64,000 bases of DNA from an uncultured Verrucomicrobiae bacterium. Its GTDB lineage: Bacteria; Chlamydiota; Chlamydiia; Chlamydiales; Rhabdochlamydiaceae. The notes under the pieces are model-generated. The model did no database searches and had not been told where the DNA came from. It saw only the letters and a program-made list of their open reading frames with translations. Positions 1 through 9,855 of the stretch are shown here, piece by piece. How positions within the stretch are numbered: the first letter of the stretch is position 1; each line of letters starts with the position of its first letter. Both the position numbers and the translations under genes were made by a program. The stretch is taken from contig CAWDYW010000003.1 in assembly GCA_963806855.1 (NCBI GenBank), forward strand, positions 352,001-416,000, given 5' to 3'.

Positions 1-248
1 GTGGCGAAATGCTTGAACTACTCGAGAAACTCTTCCCCAATACACCTGAAAAAAACGGCGACTATGCCTTGCTGGAGCACGCGATTGCCAAAGAGATCGC
101 CTACATCAAATTTTTAAAACCGGTTTGGGATATATGGAAGCATGTTTTTATCCGTCAAATCCCCAAGGAAATCCCAGCCGAGTATGGGATCGGACTCAAC
201 CAATGGCTTTTTATTCAAGGAATCTGCAATGACGCACGGAAAATTTGA
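1..248 (+). CDS. 3' end of a hypothetical protein (begins before the window)
   Basis: Open frame from the window edge to a stop at 248, overlapping the start of the next gene. Confidence 0.5.
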   Translation, partial: GEMLELLEKLFPNTPEKNGDYALLEHAIAKEIAYIKFLKPVWDIWKHVFIRQIPKEIPAEYGIGLNQWLFIQGICNDARKI

Positions 249-1812
249 GCCGGACATCGAGTTTTATCTCTCCTTTTTCCCCCATGAGAAAAAAGATCTC
301 CCTACCGATTCAAAGCCCCTCGAGAAATGGCTCCAAGGTCAAAATCTAACAGAAATCGAAATCCTCTACATGGTTGGCTTAGTCAATTTTCCCCTCCCCA
401 ACATCCTTACTGATTGGCTTAAAGAGCGCAAAGAGCGGGTGGTCGTTTTCATTGAAGAAGACCTTGGAGCCTTTGCTTCCTTTCAAAATTTTGAGCTCTT
501 AGGAAACTCCCAAATCCACCTCCATTACGCCAAAGAAGACCCGATCGAACATCTTGCCCAAATATTTCCCTCCGATCGATTGGCCATTTTTGAGGGCAAA
601 CCGTTCGATTCTCTCGGATTGCAGAGGCGCTCAGCGGCCCTCTCCGCCCTCTATTCCGATGTCCTCTACAGCCATAAAATTGTCGAAAACGTCCTCGCCA
701 ACTACCTGCGGCTGCCCGACTGTTTCAATGCCAACAACCTAAAATTTCCCAATGTCCCCGCCATCATCTGCGGCGCTGGCCCCTCACTCGAAAAATCATT
801 TGCAGCTCTCTGCACCGCCCATGACAAAGCCCTGATTTTTGCCGGTGGATCGGCCATCCCCATCCTTTCGCGCAACCAGATCCGCCCCCATTTCGCCATC
901 GCCCTCGATCCCAACCCCGAAGAATTTGACCGGCTCAAGCAGTGCGCCGAATCCGACGTTCCCTTCCTCTTCGCCCCTCGCGTCCACCATGAAGTGCTCG
1001 CGACCCGCACCGGCCCCCTCGGCTATCTCAAAACTGACACCGGAGGACTCTTCGAAAATTGGCTCGAGGAAAAACTCGGGTTAGAGGGGATCCCCACCGG
1101 GCCAGACATGGGCCCCGAAGCCTTTTCCGTCACCACCCTCGCCATCAGCTACGCCTATGCCCTCGGCTGCAATCCGATCATCCTAACCGGCGTCGATCTG
1201 GCCTATACCTCTGGTAAACGGTACGCCCCCGGAGTCGAAGCCGAGAAAGGCAGCTCTGCCGACCCCCGCGCTCTCGAGCAAGTCCTCATCCGGACCGATC
1301 TCCACGGCAACCCCGTTGAAACCCTCCTCAAGTGGGTCATGGAGGCCGACTGCATCAGCGCATTTGCCGAAAGCCACCCTGAGACCCAATTTTTAAACGC
1401 TTCCGAAGGGGGCCTCGGCTTTGATGCAATAAAAAATGTGACCCTTGCAGAGACCCTAAAAGGGCTAAAAAAAGCCAATACCGAATTCCAGCCCGAGCCT
1501 ATTCCCTTAGATACCGACAAACTCACCTCCCTTATCGCCGACCTCGAGAAATCGCTCGACCGATGTGCCATCCTGTGCGACCAGATCCTCAAAAATGATC
1601 CTCGCGCCCTCCTCCACGAAATGGATTTGGCCGAAGAAGAGGCCTACATCGCCCTCCTGCAGGGGATATCAGCTGCTCTCGATCGACTCCTCGTCCGCTA
1701 CTACCCCGACTCTGAAGAAGAGCGCAAAATAGCCAAATATCGAGAATTACAGTTGCAAATTGAGAAGTTTAAAAGGATAATAAACCACCAATGCGGAATA
1801 TCCTACCGATAA
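229..1812 (+). CDS. Maf / DUF115 (MptE-like) putative glycosyltransferase domain protein
   Basis: IICGAGPSLEK and LGCNPIILTGVDLAY motifs; ATG at 229 preferred to the ORF-track start at 142. Confidence 0.75.
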   Translation: MTHGKFEPDIEFYLSFFPHEKKDLPTDSKPLEKWLQGQNLTEIEILYMVGLVNFPLPNILTDWLKERKERVVVFIEEDLGAFASFQNFELLGNSQIHLHYAKEDPIEHLAQIFPSDRLAIFEGKPFDSLGLQRRSAALSALYSDVLYSHKIVENVLANYLRLPDCFNANNLKFPNVPAIICGAGPSLEKSFAALCTAHDKALIFAGGSAIPILSRNQIRPHFAIALDPNPEEFDRLKQCAESDVPFLFAPRVHHEVLATRTGPLGYLKTDTGGLFENWLEEKLGLEGIPTGPDMGPEAFSVTTLAISYAYALGCNPIILTGVDLAYTSGKRYAPGVEAEKGSSADPRALEQVLIRTDLHGNPVETLLKWVMEADCISAFAESHPETQFLNASEGGLGFDAIKNVTLAETLKGLKKANTEFQPEPIPLDTDKLTSLIADLEKSLDRCAILCDQILKNDPRALLHEMDLAEEEAYIALLQGISAALDRLLVRYYPDSEEERKIAKYRELQLQIEKFKRIINHQCGISYR

Positions 1813-2618
1813 TTCTCCTACTTGCCGCCGGGTGTTCGGGGCTAGAAGACTCTGAGAGAGAGAAGCTGCGCAAGATGAATGCTTCGGGAGAGCACATTTA
1901 CCGTGCGCACGACGAAGTACTCTTCGCTATCAAAAAGCCCACCCATTTCGTCCGAGAGAACTACCCTTGGGAAGACTCCTATATCGGCAACCAAATCAAA
2001 ATCACCAAAGAATTTTTCCGCTGCAAGGGCAATTCCCAACACTCGCCGATCACCAAACAGACCGACGGGCAGCCCGCTTTCATCCTCGATTGTGGGGGGA
2101 TGCAGCAACACAGCCTGCCGCTCAAAGATGGAAAAGAGCACATCTATCCGGCCCTCTTCGACCTACTCAACTATATCCAAGAAAAGACCCAGAAAAAAGT
2201 CGTCATCACCTGTGGCCACCGCTGCCCGACCCACAACACCTATGCCGACCCCTCCCAATATAACGAGTCCTCCAAGCATATGATCGGCGCCGAAGTCGAC
2301 TTCTACGTCAAAGGGCTCGAGTGGAGTCCCGAAACCATCGTAGGCATCGTCAAGCAATACTACAAAGAACACCCCAAATTCAAAACCATATCCCAGTTCA
2401 CCGAATTTGAGCGATTCGAGCATGAGACCAACGTCTCGACCCTCCCTTGGTACAACAAAGAAATCTTCATCAAACTCTTCAAGAAAGACGAGGGGAGAGA
2501 CCTCGACAACAACCACCGCTTCCCCTACCTCTCGATCCAACTCATCTGGGACCGAGACGGTGACGAGCCAGTCACCTACAGTTGGTCGAAGGCCTTTAAT
2601 AATTATTTGAGATATTGA
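1791..2618 (+). CDS. Lipoprotein with peptidase M15-like (D-Ala-D-Ala metallopeptidase) domain
   Basis: Lipobox LAAGC; ITCGHRCPTHN and SKHMIGAEVDF resemble the M15 zinc motif SxHxxGxAxD. Confidence 0.65.
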   Translation: MRNILPIILLLAAGCSGLEDSEREKLRKMNASGEHIYRAHDEVLFAIKKPTHFVRENYPWEDSYIGNQIKITKEFFRCKGNSQHSPITKQTDGQPAFILDCGGMQQHSLPLKDGKEHIYPALFDLLNYIQEKTQKKVVITCGHRCPTHNTYADPSQYNESSKHMIGAEVDFYVKGLEWSPETIVGIVKQYYKEHPKFKTISQFTEFERFEHETNVSTLPWYNKEIFIKLFKKDEGRDLDNNHRFPYLSIQLIWDRDGDEPVTYSWSKAFNNYLRY

Positions 2619-2638
2619 GCAAAAAAAAGGAGGAACTT

Positions 2639-3118
2639 ATGAATTCAGTAGCAAATTATCCCGGTATCCCAGCTGTTTTCGTGCGTACAGAGGGGGACTG
2701 GAGTTGCTCTGATTCTGCGGGAGACATTTGTAGAAGAATGGTTTTCGGAAGTACCGTGGAAGGCTCGCTGATAACACGTTTTTCATTATTTGGTTATAAG
2801 GATGGAAGGGTCAGCATTAATATTAATTGGGGAAAATATAATGACCTATTTATAAAGTATTTACAAGAACATCAAGTTCTGGTGAGTGACATGGACTGTC
2901 GGCTATGTTCCCATTGGACCCAATCCCCTGAAGAACTTAAGGCAGTATTTAGTATTCTAACCCAAAATAATCAAATTCCAGCTAAACATCTTAAAAAAAT
3001 TGAGCCGATTGTAGAGAAAGGAAGTTGCGAACCCTGCCAACATAGTCCTGCTCCTATAGCAAGTAATGATGGACGTATATCGTTTGAGGGCTGGAGTTAT
3101 ATTCCTTTTGGCATTTAA
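2639..3118 (+). CDS. Hypothetical protein
   Basis: AGGAGG upstream of ATG 2639; no recognisable motif. Confidence 0.6.
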   Translation: MNSVANYPGIPAVFVRTEGDWSCSDSAGDICRRMVFGSTVEGSLITRFSLFGYKDGRVSININWGKYNDLFIKYLQEHQVLVSDMDCRLCSHWTQSPEELKAVFSILTQNNQIPAKHLKKIEPIVEKGSCEPCQHSPAPIASNDGRISFEGWSYIPFGI

Positions 3119-3193
3119 ACTATCCGTTCTGCTCAAGCGAGGTCAGTTCTTGAATCATATCACTGGATGCGGTATCCTAGTATCCTATATTGT

Positions 3194-3276
3194 GCCGATG
3201 TGGCGAAATGGTAGACGCGGCAGATTCAAAATCTGTTCCTAGCGATAGGGTGATGGTTCGAGTCCATTCATCGGCA
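3194..3276 (+). tRNA. tRNA-Leu(CAA)
   Basis: GCCGATG/CATCGGC acceptor stem; GCAGA-TTCAAAA-TCTGT anticodon arm; long variable arm; GGTTCGAGTCC T-loop; CCA not encoded. Confidence 0.95.
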
Positions 3277-3366
3277 TATAGTCCTTCCGTTTCAAAAACA
3301 CCATTAGGATTGAATCAGCCCTAATAGGTGCCTTCAAATGGAAGCATGATTCCTTGGCAAAGGTTT

Positions 3367-4098
3367 ATGAACGATCTCTTCTGCAAAAGACTTCTACATA
3401 TTTTATTATTTTTTCTTTTCATCTCTTACTCAAATTCAATCATTTCTGAGGAGAAAGGTAGGGTTGTGGCTTTTGCTGGATTATCCGGATCAGGAAAGAC
3501 AACGATGGCCAAAACGTTGGGACAATTATGCTCATGTTGTATTCTAAATGAACCTGAAGAGTCCGATTGGCCTGATGTGATTACAAAAAGCAGGGAATTT
3601 GGTTATTTTTCAATGTGGATGGGCTTTCGGCAATTGTGGCTTCCACACCAATATGAAGCACAAAAGTTGAAGAATCAAAACCAACTCGTGATTCTGGACT
3701 CTTATTTTGTCAAAATTATTGGATACGAATTATTAGAACCTGGCATGGAATGGCTGTTCCCCAAAGATGATCCCTATTTTCAAATATACAAGCAAATCTG
3801 CCATCTCGATGTCGATCAATTGCCAGATCCAGACTGCATTATCCTATTTGATGTCTCTTTGGAAAATTGGATTAAATTACTCGATACTCGAAATCGTGCT
3901 TGGGATAAGACTCCAGGCTTTATTGAATCTTATGAGCACACAAAACGAGCTATTCAAAATGCTGTTGAACGCATTTGCAAAGAGAGGAATATTCAACTTA
4001 TCCATTTTAATCATGAGTTCGGCGATATTCTTGAACAGGCAAATAGACTTAAATCTCTCTTAATTCAAAACAATATTCTTTATGCCGAACCCACATAA
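3367..4098 (+). CDS. P-loop kinase, deoxynucleoside/thymidylate kinase-like, with hydrophobic N-terminus
   Basis: Walker A GLSGSGKT, LVILDS, PDPDCIILFD; start uncertain (ORF open from 3328). Confidence 0.65.
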   Translation: MNDLFCKRLLHILLFFLFISYSNSIISEEKGRVVAFAGLSGSGKTTMAKTLGQLCSCCILNEPEESDWPDVITKSREFGYFSMWMGFRQLWLPHQYEAQKLKNQNQLVILDSYFVKIIGYELLEPGMEWLFPKDDPYFQIYKQICHLDVDQLPDPDCIILFDVSLENWIKLLDTRNRAWDKTPGFIESYEHTKRAIQNAVERICKERNIQLIHFNHEFGDILEQANRLKSLLIQNNILYAEPT

Positions 4099-4169
4099 GG
4101 GATCGCATTTAAGCTAGACTTAACAGCTCCAATGGCTATTTGTTTAACAGCAGCAATCGATTCAGCCAT
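4080..4169 (-). CDS. Possible 29-aa small ORF or gene remnant (MAESIAAVKQIAIGAVKSSLNAIPYVGSA)
   Basis: Purine-rich RBS (AGAGGGGGA) upstream of the ATG; overlaps the kinase stop convergently. Confidence 0.3.
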   Translation of the reverse strand: MAESIAAVKQIAIGAVKSSLNAIPYVGSA

Positions 4170-4545
4170 TCTAAAATTCCCCCTCTTGAATTAAAATCAT
4201 GTTCATCCTAGCAAAATTAAGACAGAACACCAATTTGAACTCAAGAAAAGTTCTAAAACCGTCCGCAGAGGGGCAATCAATCGGACGAATGGCGCCGTTT
4301 TTGATCTCCATAAGAGTCAAAAACGGCTCTTTTATTTCGAGAAGATTCCTTGGCTTTTTGCTATTCTCTTTTTGGTCAAAGGCTTATAATTTTTTCTTTT
4401 GAATTAGGGGAAAGATTATATGACTAAGCAACTTGAAGATACATCGTCAAAAATCGCGATTTTCAGAGGGAAGCAGATCCGAAAAATCATTTATCCTATA
4501 ACGCCGTAAAACAAGGCCCTTTAGGGCCGTGATGTAAGGCGCCGT

Positions 4546-4962
4546 TTAGTCTAGGGTATTCTGTTGTTCAATATACTGTCTAATGATCGATATTGGGGCT
4601 CCACCGCAAGAGCCTGCAAAATAACTTGGCGACCATAGGGCAGTTCCCCATAGATATTTTGTAATAGATGGGTAGTTCTTCTTGCGGATCATCCTCGAAG
4701 ATACCCCTTTTAATGAGTTTACAAGTTTTGAGACCGATACTTTAGGTGGATAGTTGATCAACAGATGAACATGGTCTTTTTCGCCATCAAATTCTATTAG
4801 AACAGCCTCAAAATCAGTGCAGACACTCTCGAAGGTCTCCCTCAGATCAGATAGAATGGACTTAGTGAAGACACATTTTCTGTATTTTGTAACAAAGACC
4901 AAATGCACATGCAGAGCAAAAACACAGGATCTACCTCTTCTCAAATCTGTTGACTTTAACAT
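4546..4962 (-). CDS. tnpA: IS200/IS605 Y1 (HUH) transposase
   Basis: HLVFVTKYR, DHVHLL (HUH), LWSPSYF, YIEQQ. Confidence 0.95.
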   Translation of the reverse strand: MLKSTDLRRGRSCVFALHVHLVFVTKYRKCVFTKSILSDLRETFESVCTDFEAVLIEFDGEKDHVHLLINYPPKVSVSKLVNSLKGVSSRMIRKKNYPSITKYLWGTALWSPSYFAGSCGGAPISIIRQYIEQQNTLD

Positions 4963-4985
4963 AGGCCAAATTTAAAATTTAAACC

Positions 4986-6173
4986 ATGATCTTAAAAAGG
5001 GCATTCAAATTCAAGCTAAAACCTACTGCGTTGCAATATGAAATGTTCTTACGCTTTGCCGGGGCTCGTCGTTTTGTATTTAATCGAGGACTAGATGAGC
5101 GACAAAAAGCCTATGAAGCTACTGGAAAAGGCCCTTCTTATTTCGAACAAAACAAAGAACTAACCCGATTAAAAGAAACAGAGGAGACTTCTTGGTTGAA
5201 GGAAATCCATAGCCAGGTGCTTCAACAAGGGCTTAAGGATCTCGATAGAGCATTTCAGAACTTTTTTGTAAGAGTAAAGAAAGGGAAGAAGCCGGGGTAT
5301 CCAAATTTTAAAAAGAAAGGGATGAATGAGAGCTTCCGATTCCCACAAGGAGTCAAAGTTGAAAATTCCAAGGTCTATTTACCCAAAATCGGATGGGTGA
5401 AATTTCGAAAATCGCGAGATATCCAAGGAGAGATCAAAGAGACAACCATCCTGCAAGAGGGAACCGATTGGGTTATCTCATTCTCATGTGAATGGGAAAA
5501 GGTACTCCCAAAGAAAGCGCCTATAGATGAAGAGCGGGCGATAGGGATCGATGTAGGGATAGAACATTTCGCTACTACGGCAGCTGGAAAGGAAAACAGA
5601 GCAGAAGAGATTGAAAATCCAAAGTTTTTGAGAAAAAAGCTATCCCATCTTCGATATCTCTCAAGACAATTATCCAGGAAAACCCCAAAAGGAAAAAATA
5701 GACTCAAGGCCAGGCTCAAGCTTTCCAAGTTACATGCCAGCATCAAGAACCTCAGAAATGATTTTGTACAACAACTCTCAGCAAAGATGGTCAAAACCCA
5801 CGACATCTTTTGCATTGAGAGCCTAGATATTTCCAGCCTACTCGAGAAGAGCCCAAAAGGACTTTCCCGAGCGATATTAGATGCGGGCTGGGGAAGTTTT
5901 TTGCACTGCCTTAAATACAAAATTGAAGAGCACGGAAAACACCTTGTAGCAGTAGACAGGTATTTTCCAAGCAGTCAAATTTGTGCGGCATGTGATAGTC
6001 GGCAAAAGATGCCCCTCTCTATCCGGGAGTATCATTGTCCAAATTGCGGAGTAAAGAATGCCCGTGATTACAACAGTGCGATAGTTCTAAAGGCCGCCGG
6101 AATGTCGGTCTTAAAAGCCTGTGGAGCTGCCCTCGTTGGAGGGAGCATTGAAGCAGGAATCTCTCGACTTTAG
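4986..6173 (+). CDS. tnpB: RNA-guided endonuclease TnpB
   Basis: RuvC D/E/D motifs GIDVG, IESL, RDYNSA; zinc finger CAAC..CPNC. Confidence 0.95.
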   Translation: MILKRAFKFKLKPTALQYEMFLRFAGARRFVFNRGLDERQKAYEATGKGPSYFEQNKELTRLKETEETSWLKEIHSQVLQQGLKDLDRAFQNFFVRVKKGKKPGYPNFKKKGMNESFRFPQGVKVENSKVYLPKIGWVKFRKSRDIQGEIKETTILQEGTDWVISFSCEWEKVLPKKAPIDEERAIGIDVGIEHFATTAAGKENRAEEIENPKFLRKKLSHLRYLSRQLSRKTPKGKNRLKARLKLSKLHASIKNLRNDFVQQLSAKMVKTHDIFCIESLDISSLLEKSPKGLSRAILDAGWGSFLHCLKYKIEEHGKHLVAVDRYFPSSQICAACDSRQKMPLSIREYHCPNCGVKNARDYNSAIVLKAAGMSVLKACGAALVGGSIEAGISRL

Positions 6174-6480
6174 TCGGGAGAGGTTCAATTAGGCGAATGG
6201 TATTTTTCCATTATTGATGTAGTTGAGGTTTTAACTGAGAGTACCTATGCCAATCGATATTGGTCAGATCTTAAAATTCAACTATCTGAAAAAGAAGGAT
6301 TTAGTCAACTTTACGAAAAAATCGTAAGGTTGAAATTGGAGGCTCCTGATAAGAACTAGAGAAAAAAAGTGGTCATAAGGTGGTCAGTAAATCTAATTTT
6401 TTAGAGACCAATCCATTAGAAATTGAACTTATTCCTGAAAAATGATGAAAAATCCTGCGAGGAGTTGTTTCGGTATAGTT

Positions 6481-7177
6481 CTACAACAGATCTAGTTTTT
6501 CTAAAACTTGTGCGATAGAAAAAAGATCTCTTTTATTTGTGCATTTTAATTTTTGCTTAATTTTTTCAAAGTGGGACTCAATTGTTCGAGAAGAAAGTTT
6601 GAAGATTGCAGCAGTTTCCTTAGCTGTTTTACCCTCTAGCAGACAGCGAAGGCATTGTCTTTCGCGTTGAGAAAGAATGGGGGCTTTTTCAATATAATGC
6701 TCCATTCCAAGGCTTTTTAATAGACCTAGATAATATCCTGGCTCTACGAGCTCGGTTTGAAGAGAAACTTCTCCGATTTGCTCTAAAATTCCAAGTCTGT
6801 CCCAATATTGCCAAACCTCAGTAATTTTTCCATTGCTGATTCGGTAGATGCTTAAGCCCGCAATCGAAAAGTGGGGATTTTTTGGACTTATCCCTTTGTA
6901 TTTTTCTCGATGCTTCCCGCGGCATATCCAACGGACAAAGACGCGATCACCAGAGCCAAAAATTTCTTCTATCGAAAATATTTTTCCTGGGTAGGCTTCT
7001 ATGTATGAAGAGTCAATCTGTCTTGCTGCTTTAAGTCCTCGGATTTTTTGATTACTTGCAGGGCCATGGATGATGACATCTTTAGAAAAAAAAATCTGCA
7101 TAAAGAGAAAGGTCGTCTCTATTGACGTATTCTTCAAAGAATTTTCGAATGAATAAAACATTGTTCTTTGTTGTCAT
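6481..7177 (-). CDS. SnoaL-like ester cyclase domain fused to a LuxR-type HTH (one apparent frameshift near the 5' end)
   Basis: ATG 7177 overlaps the upstream stop (ATGA) and reads MTTKNNVLFIRKFFEEYVNRDDL; one extra base in the 9-A run at 7086-7094; C-terminal LSQRERQCL..GKTAKETA..LSSRTIESH. Confidence 0.8.
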
Positions 7178-8571
7178 TTCTTAAATATTATGGGTGGGGC
7201 TGAGCGAAAATGTTCAAAGGGAACATGCAATTCATCCACCTCTCCTAAAGAATTACTGAAAAAAGAAAATTCTACAATAGGGTTTACTCCATAAGCAAGA
7301 AGAACTGGATATTTCGCCTCAAAAATCCCCTCGCTTTTCTGATTGAGCTGGACCTTCATTCTTCCAAGGGTAGCCATGAGGGAATTGTATTCAACTTTGA
7401 TCTCCATCATTCCATATGCTGGATGAACATATTGACCCTCATATTTTTGTAATATTTTCTGATTTGTGTCTTGGATGCCCAAAAAGTAATCGTAAATGCT
7501 GTTCTTTATACAGGAAATGGCATGTCGGCCATCCGTACTACTATTTGTCAAAATGACAAGACCAATTTTTTCATTAGGAAGAAAAGAAACCTCAGAAAAA
7601 AAGCCTTCCAGCGTTCCTCCATGATGGACTTGCTTTCGTCCTCTATAGGTATCAATTTCCCATCCTAGGCCATATCCGGATGGCTCAGACGATTGGACAG
7701 CGTAGGGCATATGAATTGTATGCATTTCATCAAGAGTTTCCTTTTGAATGAAATTGGGTTGGGTATCATCATAGAGTTGGACTCGCACCCATTTAGCCAT
7801 ATCAGAAGCCGAAGAATGCATTGCACTTGCTGCTAGAGTAGATCGAGGATATAAAAAAGAAAGTTTTTGAAGTTTCCCTCCGAGTTCTGCATAAGGTTGC
7901 GCAACATCAGTGATCTCTTGAAGCTGATTTGATATACCCGAACGATCCATTCGTAAGGGTTTTAGAATTCGAGAGGCAAGCTCTTCTTCCCAGGTGTTGT
8001 TTGTCACTCTTTTAATGACTTTCCCGGCAACCACATACATGAAATTGTTATATAGAAAGGCTTCTCTCAATTTAGAGACAGGGGGAAAATGAGGAAGCAC
8101 TTCAAGGACATCTTCTTCGGAGAGATCGCGGACAAGATACCATAGTGCATCATTGCGAGGAACTCCTGTCCGATGAGCTATCAGATCACGCAAAGTGACT
8201 TGAGATGAAAGGTCATGATTATGCAGGCGAAATTCGGGGAGGTATTTGATCACTGGGTCATCCCAGGCAAGTTTTCCCTCCTCCACAAGCTGACTAATGA
8301 GGAGGCTTGTAAAGGCTTTTGTATTCGACGCAATGGGAAATACTGTATTTTCCGTTACAGGAAGTCCATTTTCTAAATCACGCATCCCATAGCCACGGCA
8401 GAGTAGGGTTTTATCGCCCCTAACAACAACTACCGCAGCACCTGGAACGTGAAATTCTTCAAGAGCTTGGGTTACAATTTTATTGAGTTCGCTTTCATGC
8501 CCCATAAGAAGATCTAGATTGAAACTATTCATAATTACCAAAAATGAAAAAACTGTTTTAAAAAAATTCAT
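7174..8571 (-). CDS. Serine hydrolase, beta-lactamase/AmpC-related, with DUF3471-like C-terminus
   Basis: SxxK (ASNTK), YNN and HGG motifs; N-terminal signal-like segment. Confidence 0.85.
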   Translation of the reverse strand: MNFFKTVFSFLVIMNSFNLDLLMGHESELNKIVTQALEEFHVPGAAVVVVRGDKTLLCRGYGMRDLENGLPVTENTVFPIASNTKAFTSLLISQLVEEGKLAWDDPVIKYLPEFRLHNHDLSSQVTLRDLIAHRTGVPRNDALWYLVRDLSEEDVLEVLPHFPPVSKLREAFLYNNFMYVVAGKVIKRVTNNTWEEELASRILKPLRMDRSGISNQLQEITDVAQPYAELGGKLQKLSFLYPRSTLAASAMHSSASDMAKWVRVQLYDDTQPNFIQKETLDEMHTIHMPYAVQSSEPSGYGLGWEIDTYRGRKQVHHGGTLEGFFSEVSFLPNEKIGLVILTNSSTDGRHAISCIKNSIYDYFLGIQDTNQKILQKYEGQYVHPAYGMMEIKVEYNSLMATLGRMKVQLNQKSEGIFEAKYPVLLAYGVNPIVEFSFFSNSLGEVDELHVPFEHFRSAPPIIFKK

Positions 8572-8626
8572 ATTGAGATGTCCTAAATTTTGAGTGAATT
8601 ATAAAATAAAGTTCCTGCTTTGATCA

Positions 8627-8645
8627 ATCCGTATTGGTTACGGAT
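8627..8645. promoter_or_regulatory. Candidate operator palindrome ATCCGTA-N5-TACGGAT
   Basis: Perfect 7-5-7 inverted repeat about 55 bp upstream of the hydrolase/LuxR operon. Confidence 0.45.
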
Positions 8646-8961
8646 AGGGAAGGGGGGGGGATAGAGATTTACTGCCCGTTTGTTCTATAGGAATTCAAAG
8701 GGTGAGAGGTTTCTTCAAGTTTATGACTTGAAAGATTTTCTCCTTAAATACTAAGAGTCTTAGTGGTTAAGGAGATTTTTTTCAAGTTGTTTCAGTATAC
8801 ACATGATTGCAAAGTAGTTCGTTGATGGCTGCAGTGGGCTTTTACGAATTTTAGATGGTGCAATTGGAAGCTTAAATCTACCAGTTAGCGATTCGATTCT
8901 TGCAAAATATTCATCAATCTGGCATGATTCAGTTCGATTCATTACAGTAGGTTAATAGTCG

Positions 8962-9855
8962 ATGAGAAAGTTGGAGCATTTGGAAACATTCATAAAGGTT
9001 GTCGAAGCAAACAGCTTGGCATTAGCAGCCAAGCGATTAGGCCTCTCTGCTGCGGCGATTAGTAAACAGATAAGTGCTTTAGAAAATGATTTGAAAATGA
9101 GTTTGCTGTCTCGAACGACAAGGCGTTTGGAATTAACTGAATTAGGGCGCATCTATTACGAGCATTGCAAGCGGGTGATGAAGAAGATTGACGATCTCGA
9201 TGGGGTGATGAGCTCGCTTCAGCAAGAGCCTTCTGGAGAATTAACTGTGCTTTCAAGTCGATACTTTGCCGACCATTGCATAGTCCCTCATTTACAGGAA
9301 TTTTTCGCAAAATATCCTAAAATTACACTGGACCTTATCATCGTTGGCCGAGCTTCCGATTTATCCAGAGAAGATATCGACCTATTCTTTGGGATTACTC
9401 ATGCTGCTGCTCCTGAGGCAACTCAGCGAGAAATTGCTAAAGGTTATTTCTCTTTATGCGCTTCCCCTTCTTATCTAAAGCAATATGGAATTCCAAAGAG
9501 CCCTCAAGATTTGTCCCATCATCATTTTATTACCTATAGCGTAAGGCAATCGTGCCATCGACTCTCTTTCAACAATGGAAGCGAGATCTATCTCAATCCA
9601 TTATTGCGCGTCAGTGATACCGAGATGATGATTTCTTGTGCTCTTCGGGGATTGGGATTCATAAAACTCCACCATCTAGAGTCAGAAAAACACTTATCCG
9701 AAGGGGCTCTTGTAGAGATCTTGGCTGAATTTAGAGAGCCTCCCCAGCCTATTTATTTGGGCTATTTCCAAGATCGATATCTGCAACCAAAAGTACGTTA
9801 TTTCATTGAGTTTTATCAGGAAAAATTAAAAAAAACAGGTGCGTATGTTACGTGA
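8962..9855 (+). CDS. LysR-family transcriptional regulator
   Basis: N-terminal HTH (SLALAAKRLGLSAAAISKQISALE..RTTRRLELTE) plus substrate-binding domain. Confidence 0.92.
   Translation: MRKLEHLETFIKVVEANSLALAAKRLGLSAAAISKQISALENDLKMSLLSRTTRRLELTELGRIYYEHCKRVMKKIDDLDGVMSSLQQEPSGELTVLSSRYFADHCIVPHLQEFFAKYPKITLDLIIVGRASDLSREDIDLFFGITHAAAPEATQREIAKGYFSLCASPSYLKQYGIPKSPQDLSHHHFITYSVRQSCHRLSFNNGSEIYLNPLLRVSDTEMMISCALRGLGFIKLHHLESEKHLSEGALVEILAEFREPPQPIYLGYFQDRYLQPKVRYFIEFYQEKLKKTGAYVT

Larger units (their letters stand above)
4495..6188. mobile_element. IS200/IS605-family element (divergent tnpA and tnpB), 1694 bp
   Basis: Subterminal hairpins with TTTA loops at 4512-4531 and 6161-6180; right end TTCAA; inserted 3' of TTTAT with no duplication; removal restores the host reading frame. 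Confidence 0.92.
4420..6445 (+). pseudogene. Bro-N (phage antirepressor-like) gene split by the IS and internally deleted
   Basis: 4420-4494 encodes MTKQLEDTSSKIAIFRGKQIRKIIY and joins in frame to 6189 (LGEWYFSIIDVVEVLT...YWSDLK...SQLYEKIVRLKLEAPD); a C-terminal-like ELEKKSGHKVVSKSNFL follows in another frame at 6353-6445. Confidence 0.8.

Noticed and set aside
1..11. GTGGCGAAATG matching the tRNA-Leu D-arm as an att site
   Set aside because: Only 11 bp, inside a coding frame, and not the tRNA 3' end
8760..8942. 60-aa ORF between the hydrolase and LysR
   Set aside because: No recognisable motif or RBS; cannot be supported
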